The notes: a model not told the origin generated them from the letters alone. 64,000 nucleotides of DNA from Candidatus Ozemobacteraceae bacterium (GCA_965140445.1 OZ223236.1:1984001-2048000), one strand, 5' to 3'; shown: positions 50,444 to 60,588, numbered from the stretch's first letter. Numbers and translations: made by a program.

Positions 50444-53146
50444 TTAATTTACTGGCATTTCTCCAGGTTTAACTATGTATCTGATAAACTTCCCGCGTAC
50501 TTGGCCTGCCTGATAAGTTCCAAGATCGCCCTGGTCTCCAGATTGGACATTTACACCATCTCGCGTGTATTCACTAGGGTCAAGTATTTCAAACTCTGCG
50601 AATCCAATGATTCTTACTGAAGCTCCGAAACCGTATAACGCTGGATCATAAATTCCTTTTGGATGGTCGGTTCCTTGAAGATCGTAAATCGTTGTAGCAT
50701 CTTCGTTCTTTTTATTATTTGTTGGCACTTCAGGTGCAACATCAGTAATAGGGATGATAACCTTTCTGCTTGGTGGATAGGTATCATCACCATTTACTTT
50801 AAAGTCTACCGCTTGATCTGTAGGACCAACCATATTTCCTGATTCAGGAATGATTCTGTCGCTTAGCTGGAGAGGACTGGTGAAACCAAATTTAAATCGG
50901 TCGCGATAATCATTGGCACCGCCGCCTACAGTATTATCTGGATCAATTGGCCCATAATTTGACTTGGTTTTTCCCACAACGGAGTCAACTGGAGTTCCGC
51001 CGCCGCCTGTAACTTCTTTTTCGACAAGTGATCCTAAAAGAATGTTATTTAAAACCAGGCGTCTTGTGTAGGTATTGTTGTGATAATGACCACCAAGGAA
51101 GGTGAAATCGCCATCTCCAACTTTTCCTTTGATATACTTAACCCATGATCCGCCCGTTCCACTTTGGTTGCCTAAAATTTCTGTAGTAGATTTTAACTTG
51201 CCTTTGAGAAAAGAAGCCGTATGTCCTTGCCCTGTATCACAACAGTAGCCAGTTCCGTGATTCTGGCATCTTGGGTCAAGAGGCAAAAGAAGATCGAACT
51301 TTCCGCTACCCTCTCGTGAGTTAATTGTAGAATACCAGGCACGACCTTCTTTCCTTGGGAAAATTTTGTAATTGAAATTTTCAAAGGCAACACAGTTACT
51401 ATATGCGTTTTCAGGTTTTATGCCCATGTAAATTGCTGATTGCCAAAGAGATATGTCAAATGTTTCAGGGGCAAAACATTGAGCAAAAAGAAACCCGCCT
51501 TGGTTTACGTGTTCTTTAATTGCGGCAACAAGATCCCATTTCATTTTTTGAACGTCTGTAGCCTTATCAAACCATCCGGGGTAATTATCTGGTAAAGGAT
51601 AAGATCCATCCGAATATACTGCGTAGTGAGGTTTGGGCTCCGAATTTGCATCGCTGGTGTATGATCTGTTTTGTGCAATTGCCTTAAGATCATTGTATTG
51701 CCAGCATTGAGGATAACTAGTATCGCCCTTGTTACAAATATAAACACTTGAATCGTCTCTCCAGAGTTTTCCCTGGTAAGAAGCCTTTTCTGCGCAACGC
51801 CTTCTTGTGTTTTGACAGTTGGTTACATTAACCCCTGAGGTTGGATAATAGTTGCTCCATTTTCCCGTGCTGTAATTAAATTTGCCCCTACAGTAGGAAC
51901 ACATTTTTTCTTTGCAGGCTTTTCTTTTGCTGGAACTACTGGTTGACCCAAGCCAGCCTTTGTCATAAAAGTCTTTACAATCATAAAACCAATAACTACA
52001 ACCGCCATTGAACCCTGTGAAGTCTTCGTGATGAAGATGGAGCCAGTGGTATTTATCCAGATCGCCAGCAAGAATTTCGTTGTCCCAGACATGGGTAGAG
52101 TTTTTTGTGGAATAAGCAGACTTTCTATCCCATCCATTTTTGTCCACCGAAGGAGGAAGACTATAGGTTCCGTAAGGAATTTTTCCTGCTTTTAAAACAA
52201 CTTCAACAGGATCATCGCCCTCCTGCGATGAATAAACTGCAATTCTTGGGCGGTTGTAGAGCTCAAGAATATTGGGATTAACCTGATCATAGATAGCCTG
52301 AACATTTTCTGAACCTGTTATAACAGTGTAGTTTACGTTGTAATCGTTCAGAATTCCCATTACATCTTTTTCATAAGGCAACATGAAAGAGCCGCCTCTA
52401 TATCCTAACAACCATTGAACAGGAACAAATCCCGGGTCTGCTTCATCGATTTTTAAGCACCAGAAAGCCGCCCCGTAAGCTCTTAAATAGCCGTCAGAAC
52501 TCTGGGACCCATTGTCCATTGGTACAAGAATCGCTTTATATTCGGGATCATTTGGTGGTAGTGATGTATTTCCACCTCCAGAGCCCAATTTGATAATATA
52601 CTCAGTATCGGTGGCAAATCCGCCATTAGGATCAAAGAAATCACAGGAGTAGGTGCTTTTTGAAAGGTCTTTAACTACTCCATGAGGTATGGCCAAAGGA
52701 ATAACAGTTGTGTTTAGATCTTCAGCATGATTCGCTCTGGAGGCCGCAACATCAACTGAATTAAAATCCATTACCCTGGCAAAAAATAGTCCAACAGGTT
52801 GACTGGATATAATTTCTATTTGATTGGTCAAGCCAAAGTTTATCGTCACACCAGACAGCTCATCATCTGTATAGCCGTTGGCTTTCATGACTTCTTTTAC
52901 ATGATTTCTAATTTCGTTGTAATCTTTAGGATCAAGCTCTGGCGATGCGTTTTTTTTCTGCATCAGCTTGTCAAATCCTGCCTTCCAACCAGCGTTAACA
53001 GCTGTTTGTAAACGCGCTTGATTATAATAAACGTGACCGACGTCAGTTACTAAAGCTGTCATACTGACCAGAAAAACTGCTGCTAGAGCAGTCATGACTA
53101 GCACGCTACCTTTTCTGGAAAAAAACTTTTCTAGTCTTGGTGTCAT
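50444..53146 (-). CDS. tadG: TadG-like pilus protein with a large inserted GATase-like domain
   Basis: RKG|SVLVMTAL, DVGHVYYNQARLQTAVNAG; C-terminal GGGANDY/GNMVGPT/RIIGFAEF. Confidence 0.8.
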   Translation of the reverse strand: MTPRLEKFFSRKGSVLVMTALAAVFLVSMTALVTDVGHVYYNQARLQTAVNAGWKAGFDKLMQKKNASPELDPKDYNEIRNHVKEVMKANGYTDDELSGVTINFGLTNQIEIISSQPVGLFFARVMDFNSVDVAASRANHAEDLNTTVIPLAIPHGVVKDLSKSTYSCDFFDPNGGFATDTEYIIKLGSGGGNTSLPPNDPEYKAILVPMDNGSQSSDGYLRAYGAAFWCLKIDEADPGFVPVQWLLGYRGGSFMLPYEKDVMGILNDYNVNYTVITGSENVQAIYDQVNPNILELYNRPRIAVYSSQEGDDPVEVVLKAGKIPYGTYSLPPSVDKNGWDRKSAYSTKNSTHVWDNEILAGDLDKYHWLHLHHEDFTGFNGGCSYWFYDCKDFYDKGWLGSTSSSSKRKACKEKMCSYCRGKFNYSTGKWSNYYPTSGVNVTNCQNTRRRCAEKASYQGKLWRDDSSVYICNKGDTSYPQCWQYNDLKAIAQNRSYTSDANSEPKPHYAVYSDGSYPLPDNYPGWFDKATDVQKMKWDLVAAIKEHVNQGGFLFAQCFAPETFDISLWQSAIYMGIKPENAYSNCVAFENFNYKIFPRKEGRAWYSTINSREGSGKFDLLLPLDPRCQNHGTGYCCDTGQGHTASFLKGKLKSTTEILGNQSGTGGSWVKYIKGKVGDGDFTFLGGHYHNNTYTRRLVLNNILLGSLVEKEVTGGGGTPVDSVVGKTKSNYGPIDPDNTVGGGANDYRDRFKFGFTSPLQLSDRIIPESGNMVGPTDQAVDFKVNGDDTYPPSRKVIIPITDVAPEVPTNNKKNEDATTIYDLQGTDHPKGIYDPALYGFGASVRIIGFAEFEILDPSEYTRDGVNVQSGDQGDLGTYQAGQVRGKFIRYIVKPGEMPVN

Positions 53147-53174
53147 GGGTTTTCCTCCTCAGGGCCCTATATAT

Positions 53175-53621
53175 CTATTCTTTGGCTTCTTCAGCCTGGG
53201 CGTTAATAGTTATAGCTCCACTATTGTTTTCCCCACCAATTAGCGCCCCCATTACAGGAGTAAAAAGCTCAAGATCAAACGAAGCAGAGACTGCAACCGT
53301 TCTGTTGGAAGTCCCAACTCCTGAAAAAACAACATTTTTATAATTGGCTTCTGGCATCATTGGGGATCTGAAATTCCAGAAAGCAGCTTGTGTATCAGCC
53401 AGGGAAGCGTGAGTGGTTGAGGTATAAGCGTTTCTGGCTATCGTAGGGTGAATTCTTTTGCTGGCTGTTCTGGCTGCTCTAACACATTGGTATTTCAGGT
53501 TTGAAAAGACGTGAAGAGCACGTCCAAAATCAATAATGCCAATTATTAAAAAGAGAAAAATTGGCAACACTAATGCCATTTCAACAATTGCTTGTCCTTT
53601 TTTTCTTTGGCGTATTTGCAT
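53175..53621 (-). CDS. tadE: TadE-like pseudopilin
   Basis: KKG|QAIVEMALVLPIFLFLIIGIIDFG. Confidence 0.92.
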   Translation of the reverse strand: MQIRQRKKGQAIVEMALVLPIFLFLIIGIIDFGRALHVFSNLKYQCVRAARTASKRIHPTIARNAYTSTTHASLADTQAAFWNFRSPMMPEANYKNVVFSGVGTSNRTVAVSASFDLELFTPVMGALIGGENNSGAITINAQAEEAKE

Positions 53622-53631
53622 TTATTTCTCC

Positions 53632-54087
53632 CTAACGTGTAGCTACAAATTCTGGAATTTTATACGAAGCATACGCGGAAAGTCTTATTGTAGGATTTCC
53701 TGTAGCTGCCTGAAACATGGTTTGATAAAAAGGTGTGTAGGTCGGAGACTCATACGAAAGAAGAACTCGAATAAATTTCCCGCCTGTAGCAAGATTATTT
53801 ACACTCGGAGGGTGGACAGTGAAAGTACCCGTCCACCAGGCAGGTTTCTTGGAATTAGCAAATTGACTTATTTCACTGCTACCTACTATTCCGGTTGTTC
53901 CATTTCCTTCTGCTGCCCATTGGGAAGTATCATTTGCTATTTGTTGAAGTGACAAAAAATTATAAAAGGCAAAACCAAAGTCAATGATTCCACCAACAAT
54001 TACCAGCAAAAAGAATGGAAAAACCAGTGCCATTTCAACAATGGCCTGACCTTTTTTCTTTCTTCTTCTTATTTTTGCAAAAAGCAT
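53632..54087 (-). CDS. tadE: TadE-like pseudopilin
   Basis: KKG|QAIVEMALVFPFFLLVIVGGIIDFG. Confidence 0.92.
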   Translation of the reverse strand: MLFAKIRRRKKKGQAIVEMALVFPFFLLVIVGGIIDFGFAFYNFLSLQQIANDTSQWAAEGNGTTGIVGSSEISQFANSKKPAWWTGTFTVHPPSVNNLATGGKFIRVLLSYESPTYTPFYQTMFQAATGNPTIRLSAYASYKIPEFVATR

Positions 54088-54113
54088 AAGAATGCCCTCC
54101 TCTAAAGGTATGC

Positions 54114-54130
54114 AGCAAAAAGCATACCAA
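54114..54130 (-). promoter_or_regulatory. sigma54 (-24/-12) promoter
   Basis: TTGGTATGCTTTTTGCT with exact GG-N10-GC spacing; predicted +1 near 54103, just before the GAGGAGG SD. Confidence 0.65.
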
Positions 54131-54272
54131 TAATATGCCCACTACTATTAATCTACTCTAAGTATACTCTAATGCAAATTCATAATCAACAAATTGCAGA
54201 TTAATGTCTACGGTTTAGTAATTATTTTGAGGTAAAATATACCCATGTTGCGGTAAAAATTCCCTGAAAATG

Positions 54273-54298
54273 AAAAAGCCCCTGCATTTTGCAGGGGC
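54273..54298 (-). terminator. Intrinsic terminator
   Basis: GCCCCTGCA/TGCAGGGGC stem then U5 on the minus strand. Confidence 0.85.
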
Positions 54299-54314
54299 CT
54301 AATTCTTTAGTGAA

Positions 54315-55523
54315 TTATTCTAATGGAACAAGGAAATCTATTGTTGTGGTTTGATTTTCTTTAACTTGATAACCATTACCAAAAATATATGGTATCTGTA
54401 TTGTTCTCGATGCAAAAGGAACGCTTGCTGGACCATACCAGGGAAGATTCTGATTTGAATAAGCAGAAACATTGCCGCTGTTTGATTGGTTTACTACAGC
54501 CGAAGTTCCTGTGGCAACCGCTAACCAAAGAAAGCCATTATCTGAGTTTGGTGGTAGATTATCAACTCTCCATGTTCCATCTGCTTTGGTGCTGACAGTT
54601 CTGTTGATTACTGTGATCTTATCTGGATCTACAGTCCAGAGCTCAAACTGGAAGTTGGGGTAAGGGATTTCAACCGATTTGTTACCGGGTTGATATTTTG
54701 TTACTGTACCGAACAAGGTTCCGCTTGGATGTAAATTTGGATTAACTGTGAAGTCTTTTCCATAAATTACAAAATCAATTCTACGTGGCTCAGTTGCTAC
54801 ATTTGGATTGTAGACAGTTCCGTCAAGCTGAATCGAATTAGCATTTGGAGCAGTTACCCCTATAACATCGAAAGAAACAGTAAAAGAAGCTGTACCTGGC
54901 TGAGAAACAGAGATTCGGCGAGTTCCTGAAGCAAGGTTGCTTAGAGAAAATATCCCAAATCTATTTGTAACAGTTGTCTGTCCAGAATCTGCAGAAACCT
55001 GAGCAACACTTAAAGGATTTTTACTTAATGGATCTAAAATTCTTGCCCTGATATCAATTGTCGGGAATTTGGTATCTGCATTATTTTTTTTGAAAATAGC
55101 GAAGTCGCCAGTATCTATTGTGGAATCGGTGGTATTTACAACAGCCAGCTTAGAGCTTTCAAGATACTGGGTTGACTCCTGAACTCTGAGTACAAAAGTT
55201 CCTGTGGAAAGATTTTGAAAGGTAAATTGTCCTGAAGTTTGGGTTGTGAAGGATTTTCCTGGGGTAACAATAGCTCCGGTTTCAACATTCATAGTTAAAA
55301 GTTCCACAACTATTCCACCTATAGCAGTCTGACCTTCAGCAAGAACTCTACCCTGTATACTCGCCGAACCAGAAGTTAGAGTCTGAGATACTGTGCCATC
55401 TGAAATTACAGTGGCACCACTTGGATTATTACCGCCACCGCAACCGATTAGCGTTACTGCAATCATAAAACAGCAGCATAATCCGGCAAGGACGTAACTT
55501 GTCAACCTAACAGGCTTATTCAT
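54315..55523 (-). CDS. Lipoprotein with carboxypeptidase-regulatory-like repeats
   Basis: Lipobox LIG|CGGG; three repeats (SGQFTFQNLSTG, FGIFSLSNLASG, DGTWRVDNLPP). Confidence 0.8.
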   Translation of the reverse strand: MNKPVRLTSYVLAGLCCCFMIAVTLIGCGGGNNPSGATVISDGTVSQTLTSGSASIQGRVLAEGQTAIGGIVVELLTMNVETGAIVTPGKSFTTQTSGQFTFQNLSTGTFVLRVQESTQYLESSKLAVVNTTDSTIDTGDFAIFKKNNADTKFPTIDIRARILDPLSKNPLSVAQVSADSGQTTVTNRFGIFSLSNLASGTRRISVSQPGTASFTVSFDVIGVTAPNANSIQLDGTVYNPNVATEPRRIDFVIYGKDFTVNPNLHPSGTLFGTVTKYQPGNKSVEIPYPNFQFELWTVDPDKITVINRTVSTKADGTWRVDNLPPNSDNGFLWLAVATGTSAVVNQSNSGNVSAYSNQNLPWYGPASVPFASRTIQIPYIFGNGYQVKENQTTTIDFLVPLE

Positions 55524-55555
55524 ATTAACAACTCCTCCAGGGAACTTTTTTTACA

Positions 55556-55924
55556 TTAATTTGTTGGTTCAAATGATAATTGATCGTTTACAACCAGGGA
55601 CTTTGTATCAATGATACCAGAAGTTAATTCTAGCACCATCGAAGCATTACTGTGGATTTTGGTAATACCAAACCACGGAGAGAGATTTTTATAAAGAGCA
55701 ACTATTCTTTTTTCGGCGTCCAGAAAAATTGCGTCAATTGGAAATCTCATGAACATCATATGGATAGAATTACAAGGCGAAATAAGAAGGCCTTCATCAA
55801 TCTTTAGTTCTGACTTGAACATAAGACCCTGAAGTCTTTTCAAAAAAGAATCTGCAACACTAACTTTTGCTGCAACAAGTTCTTTTTCTGAGCCGATTTT
55901 ATACACCTGTAACGTTTCCTTCAT
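55556..55924 (-). CDS. DUF192 family protein
   Basis: VADSFLKRLQGLM, SIHMMFMRFPIDAIFLD, VLEL. Confidence 0.9.
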   Translation of the reverse strand: MKETLQVYKIGSEKELVAAKVSVADSFLKRLQGLMFKSELKIDEGLLISPCNSIHMMFMRFPIDAIFLDAEKRIVALYKNLSPWFGITKIHSNASMVLELTSGIIDTKSLVVNDQLSFEPTN

Positions 55925-55926
55925 AA

Positions 55927-56862
55927 TTAAGCAAGATTAGTTTTATTTAATTCTTCAATAATCTGAAACAACGCTGGACATCCAATTACGATTCCAACGT
56001 TAGGGAAGATAAAGAAAACGAGCGGAATCATCATTTTAACAGGAGCTTTCGCTGCTTCTTCCTCTGCTCTTTGTCTTCTTTTATCACGTAGCTGTTCTGA
56101 TTGAATTCTCAAAACCTGACCAATGGAAACACCTAACTGATCTGCTTGAATAATGGCTGAAACAAATGCTGAAAGATCAGGGTGATCGATTCGTTCAGCC
56201 ATAGATTTAAAAGCATCTCTACGAGCTTGCCCCATACGCATCTGGCGTAGAGTTAAACTGAATTCTTCAGGAATAGGGCCGCCCATTTTTTCAACAACCT
56301 TGTCACAGGCCGCATCAAAGCCTAATCCTGCTTCAACAGCAACAGTAAGCAAGTCCAGAACATCTGGAAGCTGCTTTTGAATTCCATGAAGCCTATTGGC
56401 GATTCTTCGCTGCAGGAACATTCTTGGACCAAGAATTCCAAGCCCTAAGCCGACTACTCCGAACAGAAGAGTCATTTTTGGGTTGGTAACAATTGCAACT
56501 GCCGCCATTCCAACCGGGCATACTACTCTGATAAGATTTTGAATGACCACGAACTCGCCAACTGTTAAACCGCCGGGATGTCCTGCCTGGCCAAGTTGCT
56601 TTCTTAGCGAGCTTTTTTGTGCTTTTTTCATGTCCTTCGGGTCTTTTTGCCCAGCAAGACGGGCCAAAAACGGCCTTATAACACGATCAGTAAAAGGTTT
56701 GCTTAGCTCTGCGTCTTTAATCGAAAAGTCCCCACCAATTGGGGCGCCATCGTCAAGAGCTGCTAGGCGATCCTGGATATCATTGCTCGTTCCTGATGGG
56801 AATAAAAGCAAAATGACTAGAAAGACGACAACCGCGCCAACAAGCATAAAGATAATATTCAT
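55927..56862 (-). CDS. tadC: Tad platform protein TadC (T2SS F family)
   Basis: LPDVLDLLTVAVEAGLGFD, RAEEEAAKAPVKMMIPL. Confidence 0.92.
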   Translation of the reverse strand: MNIIFMLVGAVVVFLVILLLFPSGTSNDIQDRLAALDDGAPIGGDFSIKDAELSKPFTDRVIRPFLARLAGQKDPKDMKKAQKSSLRKQLGQAGHPGGLTVGEFVVIQNLIRVVCPVGMAAVAIVTNPKMTLLFGVVGLGLGILGPRMFLQRRIANRLHGIQKQLPDVLDLLTVAVEAGLGFDAACDKVVEKMGGPIPEEFSLTLRQMRMGQARRDAFKSMAERIDHPDLSAFVSAIIQADQLGVSIGQVLRIQSEQLRDKRRQRAEEEAAKAPVKMMIPLVFFIFPNVGIVIGCPALFQIIEELNKTNLA

Positions 56863-56868
56863 TTGCTT

Positions 56869-57927
56869 TTATACCTCAATATCAACAATTTTCATGATAA
56901 TGTACATTCCAATACATTCCCATATTACGCCAAAAACAACAACAAACCAGCCCCTGAATCCACCATGTTTAAATGTGAATAGCTTAGAAATGAATTCTGG
57001 GTTAATCAGATAAATCATAAAGCCAATTCCGATAGGAAGTGAACCTACCAGGGCTCCTGAAACCTTTGCCTGTGCTGTTTTTGTTTGGATGTCACCTTTA
57101 ATTTTCATTCGAGATCGAATGGTATGGCTTATTTTATCTAGAATCTCAGCCAGATTTCCTCCGACCTGTCTTTGAATGAGAACAACCGTGGTAACAAGAT
57201 CCCAATCTTCACTTTCCACTCGCTGATTTAAACCAATAAGACAATCTTCAAGATTCATTCCCAAGCTGTTTTCTTTTAGAACTCTTTTCAGTTCAGAAGC
57301 CATTGGGGGAAGTGATTCTCTTGATACCATCTCCATTGCCTGGAGAAATGAATAGCCGGCTTTTAAACCATTGGCCAACATTACAAGAGTATCCAGAATC
57401 TGTTCGTTAAATTCCCTGATTCTTCTGGCTTTTGCCATGTTAATCCAGAAATTGGGGACAAAGTAACCAACCACTGCCAGGCCTATACCAACAGCAACAC
57501 TTTTGAAAATAAACATTCCCAGGCTCAAAGCTACCATTACCATCAAGAATTGAATGGCAACAAACTCATTTGCCTTTAGTGGGATATCAGCTTTTGCAAG
57601 CTGATCTGCAATTCTCATCGCCATGCCTTTAGGGGTAATGATTGACCCAACGTTGGAAAGAATTTTCTTTACACCGCTTTGCCCTTTTTCGCCCCTGGCA
57701 TCTCTTACCCAGTCGTCTTCGGTATCGCCCTCAGAAAATTCATCTGCTTCGTAATTCCCTTCATCGGGGTCTACATATTCTTGAGCAGCCATTTCTGTTT
57801 CAACCAGATATTGCTCCATGCGTTGCCGAACCTCTTCTCCTGGTGGTTTCATCAGAAGCGAGGCTACAAGCAGCACTAGAAATAGTGTTGCGACGCCTGC
57901 AAAGATTACAAAAATTAATTGAAGCAA
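56869..57927 (-). CDS. tadB: Tad platform protein TadB
   Basis: LKAGYSFLQAM, QRQVGGNLAEIL, TAQAKVSG. Confidence 0.92.
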   Translation of the reverse strand: MLQLIFVIFAGVATLFLVLLVASLLMKPPGEEVRQRMEQYLVETEMAAQEYVDPDEGNYEADEFSEGDTEDDWVRDARGEKGQSGVKKILSNVGSIITPKGMAMRIADQLAKADIPLKANEFVAIQFLMVMVALSLGMFIFKSVAVGIGLAVVGYFVPNFWINMAKARRIREFNEQILDTLVMLANGLKAGYSFLQAMEMVSRESLPPMASELKRVLKENSLGMNLEDCLIGLNQRVESEDWDLVTTVVLIQRQVGGNLAEILDKISHTIRSRMKIKGDIQTKTAQAKVSGALVGSLPIGIGFMIYLINPEFISKLFTFKHGGFRGWFVVVFGVIWECIGMYIIMKIVDIEV

Positions 57928-57930
57928 AAT

Positions 57931-59301
57931 TTACCACCCTCTCGAAGAATCTGTGAAAACATTTGGCGGAAGTGTGATTCCAGATTCTGCAAATCTTGAT
58001 GCAAATTTAGGTCTAATTCCTGTCGGCTTAAGCCTTCCCTGGATTTTCCCTTTTTCATCAACCCCGGTTTGTTCAAAACGGAAAATATCCTGCATTACAA
58101 TCTTATCACCTTCCATGCCTTGTATTTCCGTTAAATATGTAATTTTTCTCGATCCATCTTTTAGACGTGATTGCTGAATAATCATATGAACTGCAGAGCT
58201 GATCTGCTCACGAATAGCTCTTACTGGCAAATCCATACCAGCCATCAGAACCATTGTTTCAAGACGGGCTAACATATCGCGAGGGGTGTTAGCATGGCCG
58301 GTAGTTAAGGAACCGTCATGACCGGTATTCATAGCCTGGAGCATGTCTAACGCTTCTCCACCACGACACTCTCCAACGATTACTCTTTCTGGACGCATAC
58401 GAAGGGTATTTTTAATTAGTTCTCGCATAGGAACCGCACCCTTGCCTTCAATGTTTGCAGGTCGGGTTTCCAGGCGCACCACATGTGGCTGTCTTAGTTG
58501 AAGTTCTGCCGCATCTTCGCATGTAATAATTCTTTCATCTTCAGGGATAAAGGAGCTTAGAATGTTAAGCGTGGTTGTTTTACCAGAACCAGTACCACCA
58601 GATACAACAATGTTTAATCGAATTTTAATGCATGCTTCGATAAATGTGGCCATATCTTCTGTCAATGTACCAAACTTTACCAGATCCTTAATTCCAAGAG
58701 CCTCTTTTTTGAATTTACGGATAGTAATTGTCGGACCATTTAAAGCCAAAGGCGGAATGATCGCATTAACACGAGAACCATCAGGAAGTCGAGCATCCAC
58801 GTAAGGTACAGACTCATCAATCCTTCTTCCGATTGGGGCAACGATTCTCTCAATAATTCTCATTACATGATCATTATCTTTGAACTTAACATCTGAAAGA
58901 ATAAGTTTTCCGCTTTTTTCATAATAAATCTGGAAAGGCCCGTTAACCATTACTTCCGAAATATCTTCTTCATCAAGAAGCGGTTGTATCGGCCCAAAAC
59001 CAATCATGTCATCCAGTAAATTGGCAGAAAGAGCCTCAATTTCTCTTTGAGTAAGGGTGACATTGGCTTTAGGGCCTTCCTCACCAACCACCTGCAATAT
59101 CTTTTCTCTAAGCATATTGCGCTTTTTATCCATATTTGGCTCTGCCATAATGGCAGCCGGCATATCGTCAATAAGTTTTGTATGAACTTTTTCCTTTAAA
59201 CGTTCAAAACCATTAATCTCACGCGTTGAAGACGTTTCCAAAACGCTGGATTTTTCACTGCCCTTTTTCTCTTCATTTAATCTTGAAAGAAGACCGCCCA
59301 T
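57931..59301 (-). CDS. cpaF: Tad pilus ATPase CpaF/TadA
   Basis: [49 protein letters not shown]. Confidence 0.96.
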   Translation of the reverse strand: MGGLLSRLNEEKKGSEKSSVLETSSTREINGFERLKEKVHTKLIDDMPAAIMAEPNMDKKRNMLREKILQVVGEEGPKANVTLTQREIEALSANLLDDMIGFGPIQPLLDEEDISEVMVNGPFQIYYEKSGKLILSDVKFKDNDHVMRIIERIVAPIGRRIDESVPYVDARLPDGSRVNAIIPPLALNGPTITIRKFKKEALGIKDLVKFGTLTEDMATFIEACIKIRLNIVVSGGTGSGKTTTLNILSSFIPEDERIITCEDAAELQLRQPHVVRLETRPANIEGKGAVPMRELIKNTLRMRPERVIVGECRGGEALDMLQAMNTGHDGSLTTGHANTPRDMLARLETMVLMAGMDLPVRAIREQISSAVHMIIQQSRLKDGSRKITYLTEIQGMEGDKIVMQDIFRFEQTGVDEKGKIQGRLKPTGIRPKFASRFAESGITLPPNVFTDSSRGW

Positions 59302-59316
59302 ACTAAACCTCCGTTA

Positions 59317-60516
59317 TCATGCGCCAAACAATAAATCTTTAATCTTTAGAATAGCACTCTTGCTTGGCTGCGCATTTTGATCGTTTTTAGGACCTAGAAT
59401 TTTATCTGCAATACCATTTATTGACTGCGCAATAGCTGAATTTGGTGAACCAAGGACAAATGGTTCACCATGATTTAGAGATCTTTGCGCAATTTCTGAT
59501 TCCATTGGGACAGTTGCGAAAACGGGTATGGCTAACCCAGCTTCCAGATCCTGTTTCCCAATGCCAACGTTAGGAATTTCTTTGTTTAAAATAAGCTTTA
59601 TTTTTGAAGTATCAAAGTTTATATCGTTAAAGGTTTTTAAACAGATTTTTGTATTTTTTAAAGAACTAATTTCGAGGGTGGCAACCAAAAAAACCAGGTT
59701 GCTTTTATCTAACACTGCAAGCTCTTTTTCAGTGATGCTTGGTGGGAGATCTAGAATGATGTACTGATAGATTGTAGACATCTGCTCTATGATTGCCCTA
59801 AGGTGGTCGGGTTTTATGGCTTCAGCAAAAGCCGGTTCCTTTGGGGCAAGTAGAAGGTGAAGCCCTGAAGCTTCATGCTTACTTATATTTTTTTCAATTT
59901 CCGGGATGGTAATTTCATCTGCTTCAGAAATATTATAAATGGTTCTTTTTGCTGATTGATTTAAAGTTATTGCCACATCACCAAACTGGAGTGAGGCGTC
60001 AATTAAAAGAACTCTTTTCCCACGTTGGGCAAGATTTATGGATAGGTTAACTGCTAATGTAGTTCTGCCAACCCCACCTTTTGTTGAGAAGAAAGTTAAG
60101 ACTTCAGCCTTAGGCTCATTGACCATAACTTCTGGGCGATCTTTAACCCACCTGTTAAAAACATTGGTAATTGTATCAACAAGATCATTCGTGGAGAAAG
60201 GTTTTACAAGGAAATCTTTCGCTCCAGCTTTCATGGCCCTGCGAAAATATTCTTGCTCACTTTGAATTGACATTATTATTGTCTGGACATTTGGATGTTC
60301 TTTTGCCAGTATTTCGGCGGCTTTAAGTCCGTCAATTACTGGCATGTTTATGTCCATAAGAACAATGTGCGGATGAAGCTCTTTTACTAATTGAACAGTC
60401 TCTTCACCGTTCCTGGCTTCACCCACAATTCTAATATTATCCTGATTGTTGAGCATTCTTCTGACGTTGGAGCGAAGTTCGTCCATGTCATCCGAAATCA
60501 GGACTTTAATCTGCAT
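59317..60516 (-). CDS. cpaE: CpaE/TadZ receiver-MinD-like ATPase
   Basis: Receiver VLMDINMP; STKGGVGRTTLAVN; GAGG SD before ATG 60516. Confidence 0.9.
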   Translation of the reverse strand: MQIKVLISDDMDELRSNVRRMLNNQDNIRIVGEARNGEETVQLVKELHPHIVLMDINMPVIDGLKAAEILAKEHPNVQTIIMSIQSEQEYFRRAMKAGAKDFLVKPFSTNDLVDTITNVFNRWVKDRPEVMVNEPKAEVLTFFSTKGGVGRTTLAVNLSINLAQRGKRVLLIDASLQFGDVAITLNQSAKRTIYNISEADEITIPEIEKNISKHEASGLHLLLAPKEPAFAEAIKPDHLRAIIEQMSTIYQYIILDLPPSITEKELAVLDKSNLVFLVATLEISSLKNTKICLKTFNDINFDTSKIKLILNKEIPNVGIGKQDLEAGLAIPVFATVPMESEIAQRSLNHGEPFVLGSPNSAIAQSINGIADKILGPKNDQNAQPSKSAILKIKDLLFGA

Positions 60517-60588
60517 AGAATTCCTCAGCTGTTTTATTAAATTCGTAAATGAATTTCCATGTGCCTTTGCAGGCACATGGAAACAATG

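Noticed and set aside
54130..54314. c-di-GMP riboswitch or Flp pilin ORF in the tad intergenic region
   Set aside because: No GEMM motif and no G|xxxxEY pilin ORF seen; the major pilin probably lies outside the window
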